A stretch of 56,864 bases of DNA, filler included, from Basidiobolus ranarum (taxonomy: Eukaryota), in the NCBI GenBank assembly GCA_040143965.1. It is 6 parts of 6 records of this genome, joined end to end, with 100 filler letters (N's around TTAATTAATTAA, not from the genome) between each part and the next. Parts side by side here need not be neighbours in the genome. Positions count along the whole stretch, not along the records: positions 1 to 9,413 come from JASJQH010000829.1; positions 9,514 to 18,921 come from JASJQH010000830.1; 4 more parts are not named here. One strand, 5' to 3'. The notes below the pieces were generated by a model that saw nothing but the letters and a program-made list of their open reading frames with translations, searched no databases and was not told the origin of the DNA. This document shows, piece by piece, positions 1-10,521 of the stretch. The translations under genes and the position numbers were made by a program. How positions within the stretch are numbered: the stretch's first letter is position 1; every line of letters starts with the position of its first letter.

Positions 1-959
1 TGATTATTCCTTATCTCAAACGGACGATTAAAGCCTTCAAGACTCTGCTACCATGCTAGAACCCCCAGTACATCAGTCTCATCAATTTGCTGACAGCGGA
101 TTAGCACCAACAAATGATATTAGCTCGGAATCTATTACTACGGAAATGTTAGACCAATTAATTCGACAAGTGACACCACCAACACCACAATCACATATTT
201 CTACGTCGCCCAGCCAGGAGCCTGGACTGACCTTATTTATGTCCTCCGGATTTCCTACCCAAGTTACACCCATCGTGCCAACTACTCAAACTCATTAAGT
301 TCAAGTTGAGAAAGGCTGATAGGTATTTGACTTCTTCAGTCACTTATCACCAACTTAATGTACATAACTTCAAGTGACAGCTAGTCCATTTCGTCTTCTT
401 AAAAGGTGTTTAAAGCCATCAGATCCCCGAAGATAGTTCAAAACTGATCAGCGTTTATTTCTCCTTATGTTCGCCGAAAATATAGAGTATTGATTTCATC
501 CTTGTTGACCAGTATAAGAATTCAACTTTTTAGTCGGGCCAGTTCTCCCCTGTACAATACGGATAACATCCTTGTTTCCCTACAGACATATCTTTATCCA
601 GTCTACCCACTTTTCCATCTCACAGTATACACATCTGCCGATCTGAACGGTCAGGGCATGTTTTTCTATAGCGAAGTTTGAATATTATATTTGGATGGTT
701 GATACCCCCTCCCCATTGTAAGTTTCTATACTAAATATTTATACCAGTCGGATATCCAACCCATTTTGCGAAGCCATTTCTCGTTAATATCGGAATAAAA
801 TTATACCAGAACACCGCCGCGCGGTTGCTTCTATTACCTAGAGTCTGTCTTTGTGTCAAATCATTAGTGAAAGGATTAATTGAGATGGGATTACGCTGTA
901 TTAAATTAAATTCAGAGGAGCTAATAGGGTTTACCAACATAGCGAACCAGCTTTCGTTT

Positions 960-1950
960 AATTGCTGACAACTTCGGGCAAATAGTGCAACACTTGTTTA
1001 TCCATCCCCATCCCCATTTCAGCATTTATTCACCTCCAAGTATTCCAACCTAACCTTCCCCGGTGTAGTTAAACGAAACATGTATATGAGTATAGAAATG
1101 ATATACATAATTGTACTCTGTGCCCTCCTGTGTTTCACTAACCAATCCACACCAAGTTACTAGAAGTACATCAAACCCTTTCGGGATGTTTCAAAACTAA
1201 ACAGGAAATAGAAAGTGGGTTAGTTCAAGTAGGAGGATCGTAAAAAATCCCCTCCCCTCTCCTCTCCCTCCCCCACTTGCAACGAATTGTTTCATACACA
1301 AGTAGCGCCATCGAAATCCGCGTGGAAGAGTGCTTTTGGCTAAATTGGAGGGAGTATGAGGGATTCTGGACGATTGACCGAATTAATATTCATTCCTCTC
1401 CCCCAATAGCAACATATTATATATTTGCTTTATTAAATTGACTCATCCATCTATTATTAATTTCACGTACTTGAATTTCGTTCTTGCCAAGAAATAGTGA
1501 TACTCCCCAACTATCCAGTCTAGTTAGGTATCATTCCCATTGTAGATGTCCATCCGTTTTAGGAGGCATCCAAGGTTTAGGTTGGCCCTCGAATGGTTGC
1601 CGGTGATCCAACGGATTCTTACGGAAAGATAGGGAATGTCATCCCACTCCTCGTAGAGAGGGTGATCCTAATATCTAACACAAATGATATTGTATCATGG
1701 TGACATTTATAGGAGGGAATCATCCATGCATATGGAGTTGGCTAGACAGTATTCGTATTATTCTTCAGATCTTAGGGCTCGGATACCTCGGAGTTTCACC
1801 AAAAGTCTATCAACAGAATAAAAATATCTAGCTGATTGGAGGTGTTGGGGTGAAGTAGAGTGGAGAAGGAACTTTCAATTTGTCATGTTCCATACTGATT
1901 TCTACCTTTTGTGATTGAACAAGGTTGACTGAAATTTCAAACATCCGAGC
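960..1950 (+). ncRNA. Candidate large structured non-coding RNA of unknown class
   Basis: No long ORF. Colinear nested complementary segments read by eye: 988-1000/1916-1927, 1031-1039/1836-1844, 1123-1132/1708-1717, 1224-1231/1468-1475, 1264-1271/1347-1354, 1532-1538/1632-1638, 1552-1558/1610-1616. G-U pairs mostly favour the + strand. Boundaries are approximate. Confidence 0.35.
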
Positions 1951-3061
1951 ATCTCACTGTAACAAACAATGAGCTTCTGTTGGCTCAGATATCAACAAAA
2001 TATTGCTGCAATGTATAGTCCTGGAGTTAGCATTTACCCTGTTCCCGAAGCCAGGCAGGTCATTGTTTGTACAAGTGAAATCCTTCCTGAAACTCAAAAT
2101 TGCCTCACTCACACTTGGATGATTACATGTCCTCCTTTGTTAAACGCCGCAGAGAAATCCATGTGGAGTTTCTTGAACATTCAAGGCGAAGAAAAGTTGT
2201 AAGCCTCCAGATGCGGTGGGGACGGATTAATTAAGTACGTAGACCCAGATAGGAGGTTGCTCTACTCATACAGGCCTATTTTCAACACATGCTCGTACTT
2301 GAGATATCTCAATTCTAATACTCAGTGTTTGAGGATATAACGTATCCTACAAAGAGTAACTCTAGCATGGTAGGAATCGCTATGCATTCGGATCTAGCTC
2401 AATGCTGATCCTAATAAAGTCATGTTACAAACTTCAAAATCTAGACAATGTGTTGCTATCTATAAAAACATGCGACCTACGTAAAACAATATGAAAAAGA
2501 TCACCGTCTGTACCTTTCGTTGCCGTCGATTTCATGTTCCTAACTATCACTGGAGCATACTCATATGTACAGAGGGCAAACAAACATGGTAGGATACCTT
2601 GAATATGGACAAGATTCGACTGAATAGAAGCACGTTTGATCCTAGGTAACGAAAAAACAACTGAAATCCATCAAATACCTAAAGATCGATCGTGAACTGG
2701 CTAGTATTCATGTTTGATAGTGTGGGATGTTTCAAGTGCAACGCTATACACCCAAATTCAGTAAGCCATTTCAATCTTACTTCAGCATGTAATCGAAAAT
2801 CAACGATGTGGTCAAAATCAAATCTCGTCCTCTCCTACCTACAACCTCTTGCATATCGTACATAAGAAACATTCAGTCGATCTTCACATGAGAAAGAAAG
2901 CCTCGTATATATAGCGATGTTACGCTTCGAGACTGCCATATTCTTGTAAATAAAGTGGCAGTTCGAACCTCAACCAATCTTCTATTACTAACTAATTGAC
3001 TCTTCATAACTGTACATTCGTCACCATCAAGTGATAATTCCCAGTAGCCTTTCTTAGTCAG

Positions 3062-4612
3062 ATGTGGTTTCGTACTGTGTTCGCTCATAAGAAAGAATAT
3101 CCTTCAAAGATTTCCGAAGAGAGAGAAGATTCTGCTCATGTGGACGTTGAATCGAGAGAGGATCAGACGTCGACTGATAGTCTCACCAAAGAGACTCAAA
3201 GTATTGTAGAAAAGGTAAACAGCCTCAGCGAAGGTTCGGGGAAAACGGTATTATCTAATCTGATATCATTGAATTTCTGGAACGGCAAAAGGGACAAGAG
3301 CCCCAACATATCTACGAGTTTATATAATTCTCACAATGGGCTAAGAGGGAGGAAGATAGACGAGGTGTCTAAAAATATACTAAATAATATGGCGGATGTC
3401 ATCATCAAACAAGACTACTTGATTCTTCTGGCTCAATGTTTTGCTTGCTTCGGATCACCGGAACATCGCCTTGAAGACAATATGATGATTGCTTCTGCAG
3501 CTCTCGACATCCAGAGTTCTTTCGCTTTTCTTCCTGGATTAATCCTGGCATCATTCGAAAAGGAGGATATGCGCACTAGCGATACGTACCTGGTTGTAGT
3601 AAATGAGAGTAGATACATGGATAGGCTGGAAAAGTGTTTGATAGTTTCCCAGCAAGTCGGACAAGGAACATTACCAGTCAAGGAAGGATACCAAATATTA
3701 AGTACTTTATATAAGAATCAGAAATACTACCCAGAGTGGAGTGAAATAGTCAGTTACGGTCTGTACTCTTTCTTCTCATGTTCACTATCGTACGGGGGTG
3801 GGATTCAAGACTGGATAGTTAGCGGCTTTCTTGGCTTAATAGTAGGTGTATTACGTAGATTTTCAAAAAATATTTACACATACGACAGTATACTAGAAAT
3901 ATCAGCTGGTTTCCTGGTTTCCATCATTTCTACCTCTCTCCATGCGCACGTATGCTATGTTGCTGTGATGCTATCTGGAGTTACTAAGCTGGTCCCAGGA
4001 TATGCTATTGCGGTGTCAATCCTTGACTTGGCTGCTCAAAACATTGTATCTGGTACATTGAGACTTCTTTACAATATATCACTTTCGTTTATTTTGGCTT
4101 TTGGTTTGTCATTTGGTTCTTCGGTATATCAGAATATTGGAGTAATTCCCATCGAGCATCCCCAGTGCCACAAGATGAACCCTCTTTGGATCCTGATTAC
4201 TTTTCCTATGGCTAGTATTTGCTCGGCAGTAATGAATCATGCTTCACCCAGACAATTGCCAGCTATCATCGGTTTGAGTAGTATTGGTTACATAAGTTAT
4301 TACTTCTTGTCCCGATTATTGAACCCTGGTGTAGCAACTGCAATCGCTGCCTTCAATCTAGCCTTGTGCGGGAATATTTTTACTTTGGTAACAGGAAAGA
4401 TAGGATTACCAGGCATTCTTAATGGGGTAGCTCTGTTGGTGCCAGGTGGACTTGGGGTTAGAGGAATTTTTGAGATCATTGTAGAGTCAAGTCACGGTCT
4501 TGAGCTTGCATTGCAAATGTTTAGAATTTGCATATGTCTTGCCTTTGGCTTATTTTTAGGATCTTTGGTCTTATCACCTAGTACAAGGAAGCATCCGTAT
4601 CCAACCATCTAA
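3062..4612 (+). CDS. PRM10-like ThrE/DUF1212 family multi-pass membrane protein (putative threonine/serine exporter family)
   Basis: Intronless 516-aa ORF. 'LAQCFACFGSPEHRLED' and 'FAFLPGLILASF' match the Prm10 N-terminal domain. About 10 hydrophobic segments follow, with 'LVPGY' and 'LVPGGLG' motifs. Confidence 0.85.
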   Translation: MWFRTVFAHKKEYPSKISEEREDSAHVDVESREDQTSTDSLTKETQSIVEKVNSLSEGSGKTVLSNLISLNFWNGKRDKSPNISTSLYNSHNGLRGRKIDEVSKNILNNMADVIIKQDYLILLAQCFACFGSPEHRLEDNMMIASAALDIQSSFAFLPGLILASFEKEDMRTSDTYLVVVNESRYMDRLEKCLIVSQQVGQGTLPVKEGYQILSTLYKNQKYYPEWSEIVSYGLYSFFSCSLSYGGGIQDWIVSGFLGLIVGVLRRFSKNIYTYDSILEISAGFLVSIISTSLHAHVCYVAVMLSGVTKLVPGYAIAVSILDLAAQNIVSGTLRLLYNISLSFILAFGLSFGSSVYQNIGVIPIEHPQCHKMNPLWILITFPMASICSAVMNHASPRQLPAIIGLSSIGYISYYFLSRLLNPGVATAIAAFNLALCGNIFTLVTGKIGLPGILNGVALLVPGGLGVRGIFEIIVESSHGLELALQMFRICICLAFGLFLGSLVLSPSTRKHPYPTI

Positions 4613-5904
4613 ACCCAACCAATTGTATCTCACTATCTGACACTTTATACCACTTCCTGCTTTGAAGAATCCTATCTGTTAGTAGGTATGTGTCCAATTC
4701 TCAAAGTGGCTGTCATATTGACTGTATTAAAATTCACTGCAAACATTGAATCTTGCCTATATTATCAAATGATGTCTACTGTATGGATTTCGGAGCATAC
4801 TTCATAAAGGCTTGCTGAGTACACACTCGATTATGAAGCAAGAGTGCCAAGAGAAGCATTCAAATATCAGTCTACACTTAAGCCTGAACAAATCGAAACA
4901 GTACAGCGATGCATTATGAGTAGTACTATATGCTGTCTATTCGCGATATTTTGCCGAGCATGCTGCTAAGTGTACAATGCGTTTCATCTGTGGTGCTCTT
5001 ACATCCACACTAAACCTAACTCTACAACTCTTATCTATCTCGTGTGTGCCCAATTAATATTTGATGTATCAACACTGAAAACGCTTTAATCATAGCCTTG
5101 TCGCAATCGCTTGGCTGCTGATAATCCCCTTGATATATGAACATGTTCTCCTAGTATGGTAGTTTGCTAATGACGGATCCCCTCCATTGAAGCAGTCCTT
5201 AAGGTAGTGACAACCGGGATATCTCACTGACGCTTTTTTCTCCGATATTATTGTGCATCGAGTTATCCCCGTTAATGCTACTACAGCTGTGATTAATATT
5301 CATATGACTTCCATCCGAATGAAAAGCCAATTCTAAGATCAGACCCCCTAGTAAAAACTGCAGACATAGAACGAATCACATGCTGGAATTATATTTCGCC
5401 AACCATAAATCGTTGATTAGTCATGAGTAGATGATGCCTTTTCGAGGGCTGTGGGGTTAATACCATTATATTAACAGCTTAGGCAGAATATCTAAGCGAG
5501 TTGTAGATACGTCAACTGTCTTGGTGTGTAATGTTAACCTAGTCCCTGCCGAATACTGAACAACAAGAAAGGATAAATCCCGAATAGATGTGATTTCCAT
5601 GCCGTGGTGGTAATACAGGAAATCCTCAGGAGATACCATCTCGGTTTTGATGGTTTGCATGCTCCTACATTCAATATTTATTCATTTGTGGTATATACAG
5701 TATCTCTAATCCACAAGTTCGATTGTGCCGCCTAGCGTGCTCTCCGTCAATAGGGAGAGAGTGTGGGTAGGCATGCATATACTCCATTGCGGAGGAGTAG
5801 GCGACAGTGTGCATAAGTAAAAGAAAGGAGATGTCGCCAACTTGATACACTAGCATACTCATGTAGTGAATAAGTGAAATCTTGTTTCTCAAAAATAATC
5901 AGTC

Positions 5905-8258
5905 TTGACTCCCCTAGTAAACATGATTCAGGTCACTCTCCTGCAACGTAGCTACATTCAATCAGCTGGCCCAGATTCCGTAAATGAGGCTGGTTTTCGT
6001 ATTTTCGGTAGAAACAAAACACTTATAAGAATAGTTGGCCTACTCTCTCAAGATGAAATAATTATGTTCGGGAACCCATTGGATGCTGTAATCCCAGATG
6101 AAGTGAACAGAAACAATCAAGATCTCGCAGATATAGCTACCATTCACAGGGAATCAGAGTTCCTTGACCAGCATAGAGAATTCAAGGATGAACATAAACT
6201 TTTAGAGTCTCAGGTTGGTAAGATTACACCAGAATTATCTTCGATAGTCAATTCTTTATCAAAGAATAATACAGGAAAATTATCTTCAATGAGCCTTTCT
6301 TCCAACGATAATATCAACAGTGTTAAGAATGCCAATATTGTCAAAAAGGACGCAATTGATGAACATCCGACTGTCAACTGCGATAACAATGACCTTTCAA
6401 AATATATGAATCCCAATCACAAGACCATAGTTAAGACTCTACAGCAGGTGTCTGCTGCATCTGCGGCGCCAACATCAACACCAGTATCACTGCCTAAAAA
6501 GTTTCTATGGATATCTACTGTGTTGGTGTCCCTATTGTTGATTTATCTTACTCCACTTCCGCCTTGGCTGCCGAAGTCTTTTCAACTGGGTGCTCGTGAG
6601 ATTTCGATTTCCTATGCTATCCTAATATTTACCAATGCCTTTACTATCACCACCTTTGCGCTCAACCGCCGTAATATCGAAAAGCGCCGGCGTAACCGTG
6701 GAACTAGATGGAAGGGAATGACCACCGCTGTACTAGCAGTCGGCTACCGAGAGGATCCCATCGTATTGGAAGGTTGTCTAAGGTCAATCAAAGCTTTGAC
6801 CTATCATCTGAATCGCAAAGTATTGTTGATTATCGACGGTGATGAGAAACAGGACGAATATATGGCCGACATTTTCATGAACGTCTTTGAGAGCCATAAT
6901 CCATTGATACTCAGGCCATGCTTCGTGGTTGCAGATGTCGGAAAGGATCATCTATTAACTTCAAAACTAAAACAACGAATAGCGGACGCCAGAGGCCCAG
7001 TCTGTATCTTACAGCCTCACCGGGGTAAGCGTGAGGCCATGTATACCGGGTTTGCTGCCTTACTTGACAGCGGTATTGAGGGTGTCGTAGTGACGGATTC
7101 AGATACGTTTTTGGACCCAAAATCCGTTCAAGGTAATTGCCATGGAATTCCACATTCTCAGTTCATGTATACACGTCCTTAACGTTGTTTCCCATCACAC
7201 ACATATTATATTTAGAACTCGCTTTCTGTGTTTCCGAATCGCCAAATATCGGTGCAGCCACTGGCGATGTGCGCATATACAACACCGGCACTTGGATAAG
7301 CTTCCTGTCTTCGTTATGGTACTGGTTTGCGTTTAATCTGGAGAGAAGTTCGCAATCATATCACGGGGTGGTAAACTGTGTGAGTGGTCCACTAGGTCTT
7401 TACAGGATGACAGTCATTCGCAAAATTATGGACCAATGGAAGCAGCAATCGTTCATGGGTGTCAAATGTACATATGGAGATGATCGCCACTTGACTAACC
7501 TTGTACTCAGCCATGGGATGAAGGTCAAGTTTACGCATCATGCTATCTGCTATACCGACACACCCATGACATTTGTTTCTTGGTTTATGCAGCAAACTCG
7601 TTGGGCGAAATCTTTCTTTAGAGAAATCCCCATCCAGTTGGCTTGTATGCATCGCCATAGCCCTTACATGACGCTGGCATTGATCTATCACGTAGTCTAC
7701 CCACTTCTCATAGTCTATAACATTCTTGAGTGCATCTACATCGGCACCATTGTCCATGTGATATGGCAGAGTGGCTGGCTGGTTATGCTCGGTTCAATTA
7801 AGGCAATGTTTGCTGTCGCGGTCACTGGCGAGATAAAATTCTTCTTCTACCCTATTTATAGTGGCCTTTATCTCATTGGCCACCTGCCCACCAAGTTATT
7901 CGCACTATTCACACTCTACAACAATAGCTGGGGGACTAATGCGAGATTGTTCCGCGGTTTTACAAGATATCAAAATTATCTGCCGCCCATCGTATGGTGT
8001 CTATTTCTCCTTAATGGTGCAATTCAGATATTCATTCGTTCGTTATCCGATCTAAAATCACAGACCAACTCCGACCCAGTAACTGTAATAGTGTTGTTGG
8101 TGCTAATTCTAGTATACGCATTGGTGTACTACTTTGTATTTCACACATCCGGTGTTATGAAGAGCGTATATATACGGAATTATGGATATGAGGAGATATG
8201 TCGTAATACAAAGATGTCGGAAAATGCAATACAAGCTGCTCGTAGAGAAGCCAGCTAA
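5905..8258 (+). CDS. Class I hyaluronan synthase-like processive GT2 glycosyltransferase (2 exons, intron 7133-7215; true start uncertain)
   Basis: Removing GT..AG 7133-7215 joins ORFs 5905-7182 and 7137-8258 in frame (DSDTFLDPKSVQ|ELAFCV). Motifs GYREDP, IIDGDE, QPHRGKREAMYTGF, TDSDT, FNLERSSQS, CVSGPLGLYR, CTYGDDRHLTN, QQTRWAKSFFRE and WGT occur in HAS order. There are 2 N-terminal and several C-terminal TM segments. Confidence 0.9.
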
Positions 8259-8495
8259 TCTACGCTTACAGAATTTTCTGATATCGTTACAGTACCGGCG
8301 CCATTTTCGATATACATATATATATATTCCACCAGTTGGATATTTCAATTCTGAATAAATATATAGATCAAGAAAAGTCTTCCTTATTATTCTATACTTG
8401 AATTTCTGCAGTGGAACTGCGAGCAAATATCATGGTGAGACTACTAGCTTTGTTGTAGCATCAGCAGTTGCTATAGTAGATTGTGAAGTACTAAC

Positions 8496-8843
8496 TGTTA
8501 AAGTATTTGTAAGCCTGTTGGAAGTGGTTTGGAGAATTAGAGGAATTGGTGGTTTTCACTTATTGATTTATTGAGTTGAAAGTTGACATTTATAGTTTTG
8601 TCAAGATGTAAACAAACTAACATGTAGAATATGTTAAGGAAGGTCCCAGGAATATGTGTGCAAAGCTTGGGGCTTCTAGCACAAGTTTGAAAAATCTATA
8701 TATCTGAGAACTTCTAAGTTGGTAAAAATATTTGAAGTAAATTCCAATTGAGAATAATGGATAATATCTTGGTGAATTATTAGATAACTAAGTACTAAGC
8801 TATATATGACTAAATATGTGTATAGGCAATGCTAATTTCAACA
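8496..8843 (-). mobile_element. 3' LTR of a Ty1/copia retrotransposon (~350 bp, TGTTG...TAACA)
   Basis: On the minus strand it starts TGTTG right after a polypurine tract (TGAGGGAGAG, 8844-8853) that follows RNase H. Homologous copies lie at 17734-18019, 19022-19132 and 19776-19930. Confidence 0.85.
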
Positions 8844-8854
8844 CTCTCCCTCAA

Positions 8855-9302
8855 CTAAATAGTCATATAAGCTAATCCTAATAAAGGTCTAAATTTCTCA
8901 AATTTCTGTTTAGCTAATGGTTTGGTTAACATATCAGCAATCATGTCTTCTGTAGAACAATAAGCTAAGTCAATAAACTTATTCTCTATAGTATCTCTAA
9001 TGAAGTGATGCTTAATATCTATACTTTTGCTTCTATTATGAAATGTATGATTTTTAGCTAATTTGATACAACTTTGATTATCTTGAAATATTGTAGTTGG
9101 TGAATTTTAAGAATAATCTAAATCTGTTAAGAGTTTTCTGAACCATACTGCCTCTTTTGTTGCTCCACAGGCAGCCATGTATTCTGCTTCTGTTGTTGAA
9201 TGTGCTACAGTAGGTTGTTTCTTTGAATTCCAACAAATAGCTCCATTACAGCAAAGAAATAAGTATCCTGCTGTAGATCTCCTGTCTTCAATATCTCTTC
9301 CC
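8855..9302 (-). pseudogene. Ty1/copia RNase H remnant with an in-frame stop
   Basis: Translation DRRSTAGYLF...WNSKKQPTVAHSTTEAEYMAA...(stop at 9107-9109)...IFQDNQSCIKLA...SIDIKHHFIR...MIADMLTKPL carries canonical copia RNase H motifs. Confidence 0.92.
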
Positions 9303-9413
9303 TGTTGAAGTTTATTGTCTTTATCATATTTGTTATCTTTATCTTTATACACCTAACTATTTCATATATCACATATAAGTTAGTTAACATTACTTAGTCA
9401 AATATCACTTAGC
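9303..9413. mobile_element. Possible terminus of a second LTR element nested in the copia pol gene
   Basis: Copia homology stops abruptly at 9302. The adjoining AT-rich sequence begins TGTTGAAG, an LTR-type terminus, and runs to the contig end. Confidence 0.4.
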
Positions 9414-9513
9414 NNNNNNNNNNNNNNNNNNNNNNNNNNNNNNNNNNNNNNNNNNNNTTAATTAATTAANNNNNNNNNNNNNNNNNNNNNNNNNNNNNNN
9501 NNNNNNNNNNNNN
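9414..9513. other. Artificial contig-joining spacer
   Basis: N44-TTAATTAATTAA-N44, a stop-codon linker. Confidence 0.99.
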
Positions 9514-9620
9514 GAGAACGTGGAAATTAGTCTAGAAATAGGATAGGTTTTTCCTATCATCGTTCATTAATTTTGACATCCAATTGAGCTTAAATATATA
9601 CGGGCTGAGGAAAGCGTATA

Positions 9621-10521
9621 ATGTGGGAAGAACATACTGGTGACCTAAGTACTCGCACATCTCCTTTTATGCTGAATCTTTACAAGTAAATGTTGTTTCT
9701 TTCTCCTCCATTTATATACTCTTTGATGTTTTTTTGCTAATATATTTCATACTCTAGAATATCATCAGAAAAATACTACTCTGACATGATAGCTTGGAAA
9801 CGGTCTGGTACCAGATTTACCATCAAAGACCGCATCAACTTTACCTCCAAAGTACTTCCTAAATACTACAAGTATAATAGGCTTGCTTCATTCTCCCGTC
9901 AATTAAGAGTAAGTAGTGATATTAAGGCTCTAAACTAAGGAGATAAATCTTTAGCCTTTCCAATAGATCTATGGTTTCTATCGAGCTTCTTACCAGCGAA
10001 GGAAGAAGGAAGGCAAGAATGCATCTGCGCTAACCTTTGCGCACCCATATTTCAAGCGAGATAAAATTCATTCTTTTCATCTCATCCAGCGCATGTCTGG
10101 TTCTTATAATCAATCAAGAGTGAAACTTTCTAACTTTCGAGTAAATACAGTCACAAAGTCAATATCTGACTTCTCCTCCACTTCACCCGCACTCTCTTTA
10201 TCTCCACTCATGAAATCACAGCCTGTAAGCCGCCATAACGGAGAGTCAAAACATACGGTAGTTCCGGATCACGCCTTTCCGGATTATACGCTTCTTACGC
10301 AGGAAGAAATAAACCCAAACAAAAGTATTGAGTTTTGTAACTCAATATTACACGAACCATTGATCCTTGAGGGAGTGAATTTCACTAATTGTCCAGATCT
10401 CTCGTCTCTAGATATATCGGTATCTCTATATTCGTCCTCAACTTCATCTTTCTCTTGGGAAACAATTTCCTCGAGTCTATATGAAAATCTTTTTTCTAAT
10501 AACAATTACAACCACTACTAG
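9621..10521 (+). CDS. HSF-type DNA-binding domain protein, copy A (exons 9621-9685, 9758-9908, 9967-10521; 256 aa)
   Basis: The spliced frame is open: SPFMLNLYK...MIAWKRSGTRFTIKD...VLPKYYKYNRLASFSRQLRIYGFYR...FAHPYFKRD, an HSF winged-helix pattern. Both introns are canonical GT-AG. Confidence 0.85.

Noticed and set aside
53-298. 81-aa Pro/Thr/Ser-rich ORF at the window start
   Set aside because: No recognisable motif and an in-frame stop at 29-31. It could be a terminal exon but I cannot support that.
3062-8258. PRM10-like transporter functionally coupled to the HAS-like gene
   Set aside because: They are only adjacent. Class I HAS exports its own polymer and no functional link is known.
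9458-9469. TTAATTAATTAA palindrome repeated five times, as a biological repeat or CRISPR-like element
   Set aside because: Always centred in N44 runs, so it is an assembly linker.
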